Shown: positions 21,488 through 31,523, counted from the first letter of the stretch. The stretch: DNA of 64,000 bases from an uncultured Chthonomonadaceae bacterium (GCA_963835065.1 CAWIEK010000060.1:32001-96000); one strand, 5' to 3'. Numbers and translations: made by a program. The notes: a model not told the origin generated them from the letters alone.

Positions 21488-23210
21488 TCAGCGCGCCATC
21501 TGGAAGTGTTCCACGATTGGCCCCAGGGCAAGGGCCGGGAAGAAGCTCAGGCCACCCACAATCAGGGCCGTGACAACCAGCACCGCCCCGAATAAAAGGC
21601 CGTCCGTTGGCAGCGTACCGATTGTTTCTGCGCGCCGTCCCTGCCGCGCCAGGTGTCCCGCCAGCGCCAGAGCAGGGATGGCAAGAAAGAACCGCCCCGC
21701 TATCATTGCAATGGCCGTCGTGATATTGTAGAACGGCGAGTTGGCGGACAGCCCGGCGAAACTCTGGCCGTTGTTGGCGAAACTGGAGGTGTAGGCGTAG
21801 AAAATCTCGGTGAAACCGTGCGCCCCACCGTTTGTTGTCAGGCCCTCCAGCCCCTTCGGAGCGATCACGGCCACTGCCGACAGCAGCAGGACCGCGCACG
21901 GCAGCGCCAGAGTGTACAAAACAATCAGCTTCATTTCCGGGGGACCGATTTGTTTGCCAAGATATTCCGGCGTCCGTCCAATCATTAAGCCCGCGATGAA
22001 GACGCCGATCAAAGCCGTGAACACAATGCTGTAGATTCCCGTGCCCAGGCCCCCGAAGACGATCTCGCCCGACAGCATATTCACCAGAGGAACCATGCCG
22101 CCGATGGGCGTGTAGCTGTCGTGCATGGAATTGGTTGAGCCGGTGGCGGTGTTGGAGGTTGTAATCGCCGTCAGCACGGAAGCGCCCACGCCGAAGCGGG
22201 TTTCTTTACCCTCCATGTTGCCGCCGGACTGTCCATTCGTGGACGCGGCGGCAGCGCCTGACGCGCTGACTTGCGGTATACCGCTCTGCTCGGCATGGTG
22301 ACAGAAGGCGAGGCCGGCGACAAACAGAAAGGTCATCACGCCGAGCAGCATCCAGCCCTGCCGCAAGCGCTCGGTCATGCGTCCAAAGGTGTAGGTGAAT
22401 GCGGCGGGCAGGGCCGTGATCGCAAGCAGTTATAACAGGTTCGTGAGCGGGGTCGGGTTTTCAAAAGGATGCGCGCCATTGACGTTGAAGAAGCCGCCAC
22501 CGTTCGTGCCCAGGTTCTTGATGATCTCCAGGGGCGCGACCGGGCCTTGCGCAATGGTCTGCTTCGCGCCCTCCAGCGTCGTTACCTCCGTATAGGGATG
22601 TAAGTTCGCGGGAACGCCCTGCCAGACCAGCAGCAAGGCTCCCAACAGGGACAGCGGCAGCAGTATCCAGAGGACCGCGCGCGTCATGTCTACCCAGAAG
22701 TTACCCAGTCGTGACGTTTTTTCCCGCGCCAGGCCGCGAATGAAGGCAACGCCGACGGCCAGGCCCGCAGCGGCGGCAAGGAAGTTTTGGGCGGTCAGGC
22801 CAACCATCTGGCTGAAGTAGCTCATGGTGCCTTCGCCGCCGTATGCCTGCCAGGTGGATGTCGTCGAAAAGCTGATGGTCGTATTGGCGGCAAGGTCGGG
22901 CGTCAGGGGCGTGGTGAGGTGCGCGGGATCGGAGAAGGGGAGATGGGTTTGCAGGCGCAGGAGGGCATAAAGCAGCAGGGTTCCCACGAGACTGAACAGA
23001 ATGAAGGCGCTTGCGTATTCGCTCCATGTCATATCCTGTTTGGGATTGATCGTCATCAGGCGGTAGAGTCCGCGTTCAAGCGGGCGCAGGATGGGGTCGC
23101 ACACCGTCGGCTCCCCGGAGAACACGCGCCATGTAGCCTCCCAGCGGCTTGACCAGCGCGAAAACAATCAGAAGGAAAAACACGTACTGACATAAATTTA
23201 CCAGGCTCAT
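21488..23210 (-). pseudogene. kdpA: Potassium-transporting ATPase subunit A, disrupted (frameshift ~23120, in-frame TAA at 22430-22432)
   Basis: MSLVNLCQYVFFLLIVFALVKPLGGYMARV start after GGAGG; WQAYGGE, IKNLGTNGGGFF, NMEGKETRFG, GRTPEYLGK, ANNGQSFAGL, FFPALALGPIVEH. Confidence 0.88.
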
Positions 23211-23237
23211 CCTTGTAACCTCCAGTTACACAAATGA

Positions 23238-23315
23238 CAAAAGGGAGGCCAAAGTCCTGCAAAGCCGCGAGAATGGGTTTAACCATCCTGGCGTTTCTGT
23301 GGACTTCGGCCTCCC
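23238..23315 (-). promoter_or_regulatory. Long leader hairpin with U-tract upstream of kdpA (possible attenuator)
   Basis: GGGAGGCCGAAGTCC...GGACTTTGGCCTCCC followed by TTTTGT on the minus strand, ~30 nt before the ATG. Confidence 0.45.
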
Positions 23316-23466
23316 GCACGACAAAGCGCCCCTTCCTGAGAGTGGACTCCTTCGTTCCGGCAGCCGGAGTTGACGCTCCGAACTTAAAGTTGTTTCTACT
23401 GCGCTATTCTACCACACCATGTTAGACGAATCAACCTCTGGCGTAAATTGTTTTTGCTGGCAGTAT

Positions 23467-24192
23467 TCAGTTTGCGGGGCGGCTCTCGACGCCTGCCAGC
23501 TTACTCGCGCGCTTTACATCGCCGAAAACGAAGCGGGTGAGCAGTTCGTAGCCTGTCGCGTTCAGGTGCAGGTGATCCTCGCGGTACAGTTCCGGGCGGA
23601 TTTCGCCTTTTTTGGAAAGCAAAGCTCTCTCCGGGTTGAGAAAAGTCACCAGCCGATCCTGACGGACAAGGGCGTGAACCAGCCGCGCGGTTTCGTGGTA
23701 CTGTTCGCGCAATTCCTCGCGTATCGGCGCGGGAATAGGGCCGAGGTAGATAAGCCGGGCGTCGGGAAGGGCCGTATGCAGCTTTGTGATAAACTCCTGC
23801 AAATCGGAAGTGATCTGTGAGGGGGAGCGGCCCGCCGCCAGATCGTTGCCCCCGGCGTGGAGAACAACTAATTTGGGATGGAAGGGGGATACAAGGCGGT
23901 CAAAATAGAAAACGCTGTCGGAAAGCTGTGATCCGCCAAAGCCATGATTGACAACGGGCAGGCCGGGAAACGAAGTCGCAAGCGGCCACATGCGGATGTT
24001 GGAACTGCCGATAAACACGATGCCGTTGGAGGGCGGCGGCGTAGCGGCGTCCCGTTTTTCAAGCGCCGTGATTTCGGCGGCAAACCGCGCGGGATCGGCG
24101 GGCGGGTGGTCGGCCAGCAACGGCGCAGGCAGCAAACACAGCATGAGGGCTAAGAAACTTCTCATTCGAGCGGAACGGCCAATGTGCGGCAT
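23467..24192 (-). CDS. GDSL/SGNH hydrolase
   Basis: FIGSSNIRMW, NHGFGGS, HAGGNDL, DHLHLN.TGY. Confidence 0.9.
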   Translation of the reverse strand: MPHIGRSARMRSFLALMLCLLPAPLLADHPPADPARFAAEITALEKRDAATPPPSNGIVFIGSSNIRMWPLATSFPGLPVVNHGFGGSQLSDSVFYFDRLVSPFHPKLVVLHAGGNDLAAGRSPSQITSDLQEFITKLHTALPDARLIYLGPIPAPIREELREQYHETARLVHALVRQDRLVTFLNPERALLSKKGEIRPELYREDHLHLNATGYELLTRFVFGDVKRASKLAGVESRPAN

Positions 24193-24286
24193 CTCAGTTC
24201 GTCCTTTTTCTTCTTCGGGTTATAACCGGATTATATCTATTTAATCTCTTGCCGCTGACGAACCTTCAGATTTTGCGATAGGAGAA

Positions 24287-24620
24287 CAAGACTGTTTCGG
24301 TGACAAAGTTGGTAGAATGTAAGCGCCAACCCACATGCTCACCGAGTTCAACCATGAAACAGCCTTGTACGAATTATGATACCCTGTCAGCGCGTTTGCG
24401 TCTACGTGTGCCTGACGCCAGTGTGCCCCAACTCCACAATCTGGCGCTGTTCATCTCTGGCTTGGTGCTTGCCGGCCATGTCCATGTGCCCAAAATCGCG
24501 TTGTTCTTGCCTATTGCCGGTAACGCGCCCAACGCCTTCCTATTCCCGGTAACGCGCGCAACGCCTTGCAGCGCCTGGAACGCTTTCTCAAGAACAAGGC
24601 GAGTGCGCCTTATTTGAGAT
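24287..24620 (+). mobile_element. Truncated IS4-like transposase 5' remnant
   Basis: LHNLALFISGLVLAGHVHVPKIA...LQRLERFLKN resembles IS4-family N-termini; broken by a 29-bp tandem duplication (24510-24567); no DDE domain follows. Confidence 0.55.
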
Positions 24621-24834
24621 AATTTCTAATCCCACCATGATAACAAAGCCGCTTACGTAGGCGAACAGCCCCGCTATCCCCCTTGAAGGTCCCAATCGGC
24701 AGTAGATTGGAAAGAGGCTGGCTGCGCTGAGTCCCCATATCAACAGTGCGATTAAGCATGTGTCAAATCGGCCTGATTGATAATGGTTCAGATACTTCAA
24801 GCTATTATGTCCTATGAAGTACAAAAAGGAGTAA

Positions 24835-26100
24835 TTAGCGTTGATCGCGCACAGGGTTAATCAGGACGCGATTGTACAGGTCCGTCCATTCTTTTGTGCC
24901 GTCGTCGGCGCGGACTTCCATTGTGACGCCGCGCTCCTGAACCGGGTTGTTGCCGACCCAGCAATCGTCCCAGCACTGGCGCAGACTGGCGTAATGCGCG
25001 ACGCGCCCGCCCGGCCACACAACGGACAGCAGCAGGCGCGGCTTGGGAAACTCGAACGGCGGCTCCATGCGATAGCGCGTCAGGGCGTCCTCGTCTATTT
25101 CAATGCCTAATCCCGGCGCGTCCGGCACATGGGCATAGCCGCCCTTGATTTCTAAGGGCGTGGTCAGCAAATCATCGGCGTAGTTGTTCAGGCAGTTGAC
25201 GCTCGGCCATTGCGCGAACGGCAGCACCGCGCCCAGATGCAGCGACAGGGTTGTGGTCAGTCCCGTTCCCACCATTTGCAGCCAGAAGGGTTTTTCAAAC
25301 GCAGCGGCAAGCGTTCCCTGCCGCATGATACTCGCCACGCCGCCGCCCACGACAAACCCGTCGCACACCTCGTCCCGAACCACAACCGGGAACGGCGGCT
25401 CGCCGAAGTGCAGGGCAATCGGGCGGGTGGTCTTTTGCCTGAGTTGCCGATGCCCTTCCACGTCGCGCTGCATGATGGGCAACTCGTAAATGGCGACCCG
25501 CTCTTCCTTGTCCAACTCCGTCAGCACGGGCGCGGCGTTGCCTGCGTTGAGCAGCATATTGTTCCAGTCCAGATCGAGCCGGAAATGGGGCGGCGTCACT
25601 TTGCTGATGGCGTCCACCTGCGCGTACACGTCCCACCAGGGCCGCGCCTTGATCTTGTACGACGTATAGCCTGCGGCAAGCGCGTCCTGCGCTTCCATTG
25701 CGAACGCTTCGGGCGGCATGTCAATGTTCCACCAACTGATGGGACACCACTCGCGGACGCGCGGCAGTCCCAACAGCCGATAGACCGGAACGCCCATCGC
25801 CTTGCCGACGACATCGTACAGCGCCATTTGCAGCCCCGCGCCCAAACTGTCGTCGCCCAAAAACTCCGCCGGGTTACGCCCCTTCACTTTGGCAATCGCC
25901 TCGTCCGACACGCGCCCCCACGTATAATGCAGAATGGTTTCGCCATAGCCGACTATGTCCGGCACGTCCGTCGTGACCCGTATCACTTCGCTGATGCGCC
26001 ACTGCCACACTTCCCGCGCATTCCACTCCTGACAGCGCGGCGTAAACGGCACGTCCACGACAATACGCTCAACCTCCACAACCCGCACCCCTGCCGCCAT
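24835..26100 (-). CDS. Mandelate racemase/muconate lactonizing enzyme family (enolase superfamily)
   Basis: GLQMALYDVVGKAMGVPVYRLLG, YKIKARPW, LDWN, YELP, VPDAPGLGIEIDE. Confidence 0.88.
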   Translation of the reverse strand: MAAGVRVVEVERIVVDVPFTPRCQEWNAREVWQWRISEVIRVTTDVPDIVGYGETILHYTWGRVSDEAIAKVKGRNPAEFLGDDSLGAGLQMALYDVVGKAMGVPVYRLLGLPRVREWCPISWWNIDMPPEAFAMEAQDALAAGYTSYKIKARPWWDVYAQVDAISKVTPPHFRLDLDWNNMLLNAGNAAPVLTELDKEERVAIYELPIMQRDVEGHRQLRQKTTRPIALHFGEPPFPVVVRDEVCDGFVVGGGVASIMRQGTLAAAFEKPFWLQMVGTGLTTTLSLHLGAVLPFAQWPSVNCLNNYADDLLTTPLEIKGGYAHVPDAPGLGIEIDEDALTRYRMEPPFEFPKPRLLLSVVWPGGRVAHYASLRQCWDDCWVGNNPVQERGVTMEVRADDGTKEWTDLYNRVLINPVRDQR

Positions 26101-26120
26101 AAGTTAGTCTCCAGAAGAGT

Positions 26121-26306
26121 TCACCACAGAGACACAGAGACACAGAGGTTTCACAGAGAAAAACGAAAAAGAGAAGATATAAGATTTAAGATACAAGATA
26201 CTAGCGGGAGGGATCGCAAGCGTGTTCTCTCCTTGAGTAATCCTGTCTATTTCTCCTCTTTTCCCTCCCTCTGTGAAACCTCTGTGTCTCTGTGCCTCTG
26301 TGGTGA
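26121..26306. repeat. Long inverted repeat built from CACAGAGA units, with AAGATAC/AAGATAT heptamers inside
   Basis: TCACCACAGAGACACAGAGACACAGAGGTTTCACAGAG versus CTCTGTGAAACCTCTGTGTCTCTGTGCCTCTGTGGTGA; the same arm recurs at ~44260-44290. Confidence 0.9.
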
Positions 26307-26313
26307 GGATAAA

Positions 26314-27255
26314 TCACTTCTTTGTATCAGACGGGATGCCCACGTCGCGGATGGTTTTGGCGAAGCGCTGCGTGGCGTCCAGGCATTCCTTGATTTGCGG
26401 CATGGGGTTGTCTTCGTGTTCCTCGTATTCCAGCATGATCGGCCCGCGATACTTGATGTCCACGAGAACGCGCATCAGGGCAATCGTGTCGAGCAGGCCG
26501 CCGGTTACGCCGATTTCCGTGAACTCTTTGGCGTTGTTCGCGCCGATTTTCACGTTTTTGAGGTGAATGTCGTGCAGGCGCGGCCCCATGTCTTTGGCGA
26601 CCTGAACCGGGTTGACGCCGCTGCGCAGATAGTGGCCGGTATCGTTGCACGACCCAATGCGCTCGCTATGCCCCTGCACCGCCTTTTGCAGCTTTTCTTC
26701 CGTGTCGTACAAGCCATCGCCCGGTCCGTGATTGTGGATGCCGATGTTGATTTTGTATTCCTCGGTCAGCTTGTCCAGCACGGCAAAGGCGTCGGGTTTG
26801 GGAGATGCCGAAATTACCTGAACGCCCATCGCTTTGGCAAACTCGAACTTCTTGCGCGCGTCCGCCTCGTCGCTGCTGAAGTCAATCACGCCATACCCGA
26901 CCAGCCGAACGTTGTGCGCCTTCAATTTGTCCTGATATTCGGCCAGGACTTTCGGATCGTCGGTCATGGGGAAGTGGGAAGGGAACGCTTCCAGACTGCG
27001 CAGACCCAACTCCTGCGTTTTGGCAAGCATTTCCTCGGTCTTGAAATGGCGCAGCGAGTAGGACTGAATGCCCACCCGAAACGGCGCGTAGGGATTATTG
27101 CGGCGGGGAGTGGCGTTGTTCTGCGCCGGCTGCTGCGCCGCATCCTGCGCTTGGGCCTTAAAGGCTTGCGCCAGAAGGGGCAAACTCAGCGTCGTCAGCA
27201 GTCCATTGCGCAGCAGCGCGCGACGGGACAGCCGTAAATCGTGTTCAAGCGTCAT
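26314..27255 (-). CDS. Sugar phosphate isomerase/epimerase (xylose-isomerase-like TIM barrel) with Tat signal
   Basis: SRRALL Tat motif; GIQSYSLR, IHNHGP, DTGH, IHLKNV, MLEYE. Confidence 0.88.
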   Translation of the reverse strand: MTLEHDLRLSRRALLRNGLLTTLSLPLLAQAFKAQAQDAAQQPAQNNATPRRNNPYAPFRVGIQSYSLRHFKTEEMLAKTQELGLRSLEAFPSHFPMTDDPKVLAEYQDKLKAHNVRLVGYGVIDFSSDEADARKKFEFAKAMGVQVISASPKPDAFAVLDKLTEEYKINIGIHNHGPGDGLYDTEEKLQKAVQGHSERIGSCNDTGHYLRSGVNPVQVAKDMGPRLHDIHLKNVKIGANNAKEFTEIGVTGGLLDTIALMRVLVDIKYRGPIMLEYEEHEDNPMPQIKECLDATQRFAKTIRDVGIPSDTKK

Positions 27256-27497
27256 GGTGTCATTCTCCTTGAATTGGCTCCCATCGTTCCTCCGACAGAA
27301 GCCCTGAGCAGTTGAGAGTTGGAAGTTCGTAGTTGATAGAGATACCGGAACCGCGAACTTTCAACGACTACTCGTTTAGTGAAAAATCAGAGCGGATAAC
27401 GCTGTATTCACCACCAACAAGAAAACGTCCTGCACAACAGCGAACCACTCAGACACGAATTTCACTTATATCTCATATCTTATATCTTATATCTTCC

Positions 27498-28867
27498 TCA
27501 AATGCGTCGGGCGCGTTTGGAAAGGGCTTTTTGCGTGGTCGTGACGGGCTGGCCGGTGGCGACAAAGGCGCGCTGCATCATCTGGAAGAACGCGGCTTTT
27601 TCCGCGCCGCGCACAATCGCCTGCTCGTGCGCTTCGGCCAGCGCGACAGGGTAGCCATCCCCCTTACGCGCCTGATCCCAGCACAGCGTATGCGTGAGTT
27701 GCAGCAGTTCGGGATCGTCACTGACCCATGCGGGGATTTCCACGCGCGCCACTTCCCGCCCGGTGTGCAGGTAAAAGAAGCGGATGCGTTGGGTAGGCGC
27801 GTAAGCGTTGAGGATTTGCGAACGCGACCCGAAAACGGCGGAGCGCTCGCCCGGCTGCAAGCAGGCACGCGAACAAATCGGCATCGCGCACCATTTCGGT
27901 TCCCGCGCACGGCGGCGCGACGTACTCCGGCTTGGGCTTGCTGTGCTGCGGGCAAAATCTATCGCAATTGGACAACTCGTGCGGACACGCAAACACGCGC
28001 AGGGCGTTGACCACATCCCGGCTTTGCGGCGCGCTGATGTACCCCGCAATCGGAACCCGCATTGCTTGCGCCTGCTCCAGTAATCTCTCAAACGCCAGAA
28101 TGGAAGCCGCCCGAAACGCCTCCTGCTCCGTTTCCAGCGGCCATAAGATCAGGCTGCCGTCGAAGAGGGCGATAGTTGATAGTTGATAGTTGATAGTTGA
28201 TAGAGCAGGAAGTGATGAGTGATGAGTGATGAGTGATGAGTGTGCATCCAATTCATCATTCATCATTCCGCGTTCATCACTGTTTTTGCCTGTTCCCTGT
28301 TCCCTGTTCCCTGTTCCCTGTCCTGCTGTCTCCTTTTCTTCTTTTCTCCTTTTCTCCTTTTCTTCCCCTGCTCCCATCAACTCTACCAGCCCTTCCACTT
28401 CAGCGAGCAGGCGGCGGATGGCGAGGCGTTTGGGAACGATGGCGGCTTGTTCGCCTTGAAATTCGTCCAATAGTTCGTCTTCGGGCAGGGCGAGATAGGG
28501 GCGGGAGGTTAGGGTGGCGCGTTCGCCCGTGCCGTAGCGCAGAGCGATCAGGCCGATGTTGAGGAGGTAGCAGAGGGCAATGTCGTGGCGGTCGGAAACG
28601 ATCTGCGAACCATCGGCGGCAAACACGGTGCAGGGCAAAGGGCAAGCAGGAGGCGCGTAAACCACATCGGGCGGCTCGTGCCAGGAAGCGATCAGCCAGG
28701 AGGTTTTGGAGTCGCGGATTTTGCCCCGCGTGGCTTCCCACGTTGGCCCCGAACGCGGTCAAACGCCGCTGCGCTTCCCGCATCGCCGCTTCCAAACGCG
28801 GCAGCGAACTCGCCCGGTCGCTGGCGAAGGTTTGTATTTGCGTGAATACCTGGGTGAAGTCTAGCAT
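27498..28867 (-). CDS. nurA: NurA-family nuclease with frameshifts (~28750, ~27860) and a ~65-aa repeat insertion
   Basis: FAADGSQI, LFDGSLILW, ARVEIPAW, GYPVALAEAHEQAIV spread across ORFs 28400-28939, 27718-28665 and 27498-28091. Confidence 0.85.
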
Positions 28868-28986
28868 AGTTGATAGTTGATAGTTGATAGTTGATAGTTG
28901 ATGTACTAAGCACAGGCTGTTGCGAACAATTTGCAGCAACCTTGCAAATCAGATGCCTATCAACTATCAACTATCAACTATCAACT
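28868..28986. repeat. Inverted heptamer arrays (TAGTTGA)n/(TCAACTA)n forming a hairpin directly upstream of nurA
   Basis: About five TAGTTGA units, a spacer, then about four TATCAAC units. Confidence 0.9.
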
Positions 28987-29556
28987 TTAGTGCAGTATCG
29001 GCCCCCGCAGCGGATCGGCGACGGGGCGGTCCATAATCAGGGTGCCGAGCAGGTGGTCCCAGAAGCGGTTGGCGCGGTCGGATTCTTCGGGCCAGAAGCC
29101 GAAGGTTAAGAAGCCGTATAAGGTGCGCGTTGGGCTGATGCTGTTGGCAAAGGCCATACGCCACACGGCTTCGCGGTTATGCTTTGTATCAATTTTGCGG
29201 TACTCGCCCCAAATGACTTCAATGTCCTCGCGGGGAACGCGCTTTATATCTTCCGCGTCCAGATAATGCCCGGTGTTCACCATCGCGTTTTGCAGCAGCA
29301 GCATGAGGGAAGGATGCCCAGATTTCAGGCCCGGATAGCGCAGAACGGACACGCGCAGGACGCAGTCGTCATTGGGCGGCGGCTTGTCCGTGACTTTAAT
29401 CGCGCTTTGCTCCGGGTCGGGTTCCACATGCCAGTGCTGCGGGTACTCGAACTGCAAATCACCCCGGTCTAAGACGCAGATTTTGTTACCTGGCGCGGCT
29501 TTCCAGCTATGATTGGCCGCCAGCTTATGCTCGCTTTTGTTCCATTTATTTGCCAT
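28987..29556 (-). CDS. Hypothetical protein
   Basis: ATG at 29556 after GAGG; 189 aa; QFEYPQHWHVE suggests a PsbP/DUF1795-like fold (weak). Confidence 0.65.
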   Translation of the reverse strand: MANKWNKSEHKLAANHSWKAAPGNKICVLDRGDLQFEYPQHWHVEPDPEQSAIKVTDKPPPNDDCVLRVSVLRYPGLKSGHPSLMLLLQNAMVNTGHYLDAEDIKRVPREDIEVIWGEYRKIDTKHNREAVWRMAFANSISPTRTLYGFLTFGFWPEESDRANRFWDHLLGTLIMDRPVADPLRGPILH

Positions 29557-29626
29557 GACCTCACCCCCGGCCCCTCTCCTGGACGCTCGTTCCTCGCTAG
29601 GAGAGGGGAGACCTCTAATACATGGG

Positions 29627-30772
29627 CTACTCTCGCATTGCGTCAGGATTAAGACCCATTTGTTCACAGAATTGGCGATAGGCTTGGGGCGCGATTTCGG
29701 AGGGTTTGATTTCGCTTCTGCCGCCCCAAAATACGTTGGTGTAGGAAACGGGAATACCCACGCTTTGCAGGTGCGCGTCTATGGACGCTTTATGCTCCAA
29801 AAGGAGGGCTTTGTCCATGCCGTGCGCCACGCCCATGATGTTGACGTTACGGAACTCGGCTCCGCCTTCGCGCCAGTACGCATGCGTCATGATCTCGAAA
29901 CGCCCGACCTGCTGCCCCGCTTCCAGTTCGCGTCCCGGCGGCACGGCCCAATGGAACAGGGCGTTGTAGCGCGTGACGCGCATGCCTTCCGCAGACGGCT
30001 TGACGTGTTCCAGAAACGTGGAAAAGCGCCCGATAACGCGGCGCTCGGACAGGGAACGGGCAACGGTTAAAAACGTCGGCAAGTCTACGCCCGCTTCGTC
30101 CGCCCGCGCCTGCCACAAATCGCGGCGAATTTCTTCCGGCTCAAATTCCCGCTTCAATGCCACCAGAACCTGCCAGTCCAATTCGCTCAATTCAACGATG
30201 TTGGTGTCCAGCACTTCTGCCGGTTCGTCCGACATGCTGCCAATCGGGGTTCCCTTGCGCCGGATGTGGCCGACGCCCAGCGCGAACAGGCGCTTGGCGG
30301 GCATCAGGCGATAGTGTTCCGCGCCCACTTTTGCGGCCAGAAAATCGGCGTGTTTGGTAAGCGAATAGCCCTGCGGCGCTTTCAGGGTCGTCCACAGCCG
30401 GTAATTGCTGCCGGGTGTGGCGGCGTCCGTCGAGCGCAAAACGACATGCCCGGAAAACGGGTCCCGCTCAAACATAAATTCAAAGGCGGCGTCCAATTTG
30501 TCGGCGGGAACCTGCCACGCGGCAAGCGCGCCCTGCGCCAGATTGGTCGCCATCAGGGTTTGCCGGACGCGCCGAATGGTTCCCGCTTCCAGCATCGCCT
30601 GGATACGCTCGATAACAACCGCAGCAGGCGTTTCGGAGCGCGCGGCGATTTCCCCTATCGGATCGGCCAAAAAGCCCTGTATCTGATCTTCCGAAACGGC
30701 CAAAATCGCCGCATTGGTCGGATCGTCAATTTGCGTGGGCAATGTTGTTGTGGTACTGGCTGTCTTGCTCAT
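29627..30772 (-). CDS. Fused AhbA/AhbB (NirDL-like) siroheme decarboxylase, Lrp/AsnC-like
   Basis: Two HTH + AsnC halves; GALAAWQVP, SGHVVLR, NALFHWAVP, MTHAYWR, MGVAHG. Confidence 0.75.
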   Translation of the reverse strand: MSKTASTTTTLPTQIDDPTNAAILAVSEDQIQGFLADPIGEIAARSETPAAVVIERIQAMLEAGTIRRVRQTLMATNLAQGALAAWQVPADKLDAAFEFMFERDPFSGHVVLRSTDAATPGSNYRLWTTLKAPQGYSLTKHADFLAAKVGAEHYRLMPAKRLFALGVGHIRRKGTPIGSMSDEPAEVLDTNIVELSELDWQVLVALKREFEPEEIRRDLWQARADEAGVDLPTFLTVARSLSERRVIGRFSTFLEHVKPSAEGMRVTRYNALFHWAVPPGRELEAGQQVGRFEIMTHAYWREGGAEFRNVNIMGVAHGMDKALLLEHKASIDAHLQSVGIPVSYTNVFWGGRSEIKPSEIAPQAYRQFCEQMGLNPDAMRE

Positions 30773-31100
30773 AAGTTTATTGTACCCCAACCGTGTCCGT
30801 AAATCCTCCAGGTAGTGTACACTTCTTTCTGTAAATAGGATCGGGCTGTCACGTGCAGCGAGGCCGCTTATGGTGTCTCCTTTTGGTTGCCACACCAACC
30901 AAGGAGATCAATAACATGGCGATCCTCATCGCGTGGGGCGCAGACAAAGCAGGCAAGCGCCTGTTGCATCAATAACAAGTTCTTTCGTTCGCAGTCAAAG
31001 AAAGAAGTGGAAACTGTCTTTCCGCTTCCTGAGTGTCCGAGAGAGTAGCAGGAGTGGATAATGGGGGATAGAATTTCGTTTGTGAGCAGAGGAGAACAAC

Positions 31101-31523
31101 ATGGAACGAGTGACCGGCATCGGTGGCATCTTCTTCAAGGCGCGCGATCCCAAACAGATGATGGCGTGGTACAGCAAGCATCTGGGTATCGGCGCAGGCG
31201 ACAACACGGAAGAAACCTATACAGAGTTTACCTGGCGCGATCCCGACAATCCTCAACTTCCGGGTTCCACTGTCTGGTCGCTGTTTCCCCACGACACGCG
31301 CTACTTCGATCCCAGCACATCACCCTTCATGGTCAACTACCGGGTGGCTGATCTGGATGCGTTGTTGGCGCAGTTGCGGGCAGAAGGCGTACAGGTAGAC
31401 GAGCGCATCGAAGAATACGAGTACGGACGTTTCGGCTGGATCACCGACCCGGAAGGCAACCGCATCGAACTCTGGGAACCGCCCAAAGGAACCGCAGGCA
31501 GACCTACAGAACAGGAGGAATGA
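31101..31523 (+). CDS. VOC/glyoxalase family protein
   Basis: RVTGIGGIFFK, FMVNYRVADL, GRFGWITDPEGNRIELWEP. Confidence 0.92.
   Translation: MERVTGIGGIFFKARDPKQMMAWYSKHLGIGAGDNTEETYTEFTWRDPDNPQLPGSTVWSLFPHDTRYFDPSTSPFMVNYRVADLDALLAQLRAEGVQVDERIEEYEYGRFGWITDPEGNRIELWEPPKGTAGRPTEQEE

Noticed and set aside
24588..24824. 78-aa AT-rich minus-strand ORF
   Set aside because: Could be a membrane-protein fragment interrupted by the IS remnant, but there is no motif support
25210..27237. 675-aa plus-strand ORF (and similar long ORFs such as 6015-7472 and 39385-40881)
   Set aside because: Antisense shadows of well-supported genes in GC-rich DNA; no recognisable motifs
28171..28366. Inteins or self-splicing introns as the explanation for the in-frame inserts
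   Set aside because: No Cys/Ser start with His-Asn end, and far too short and repetitive for group I or II introns
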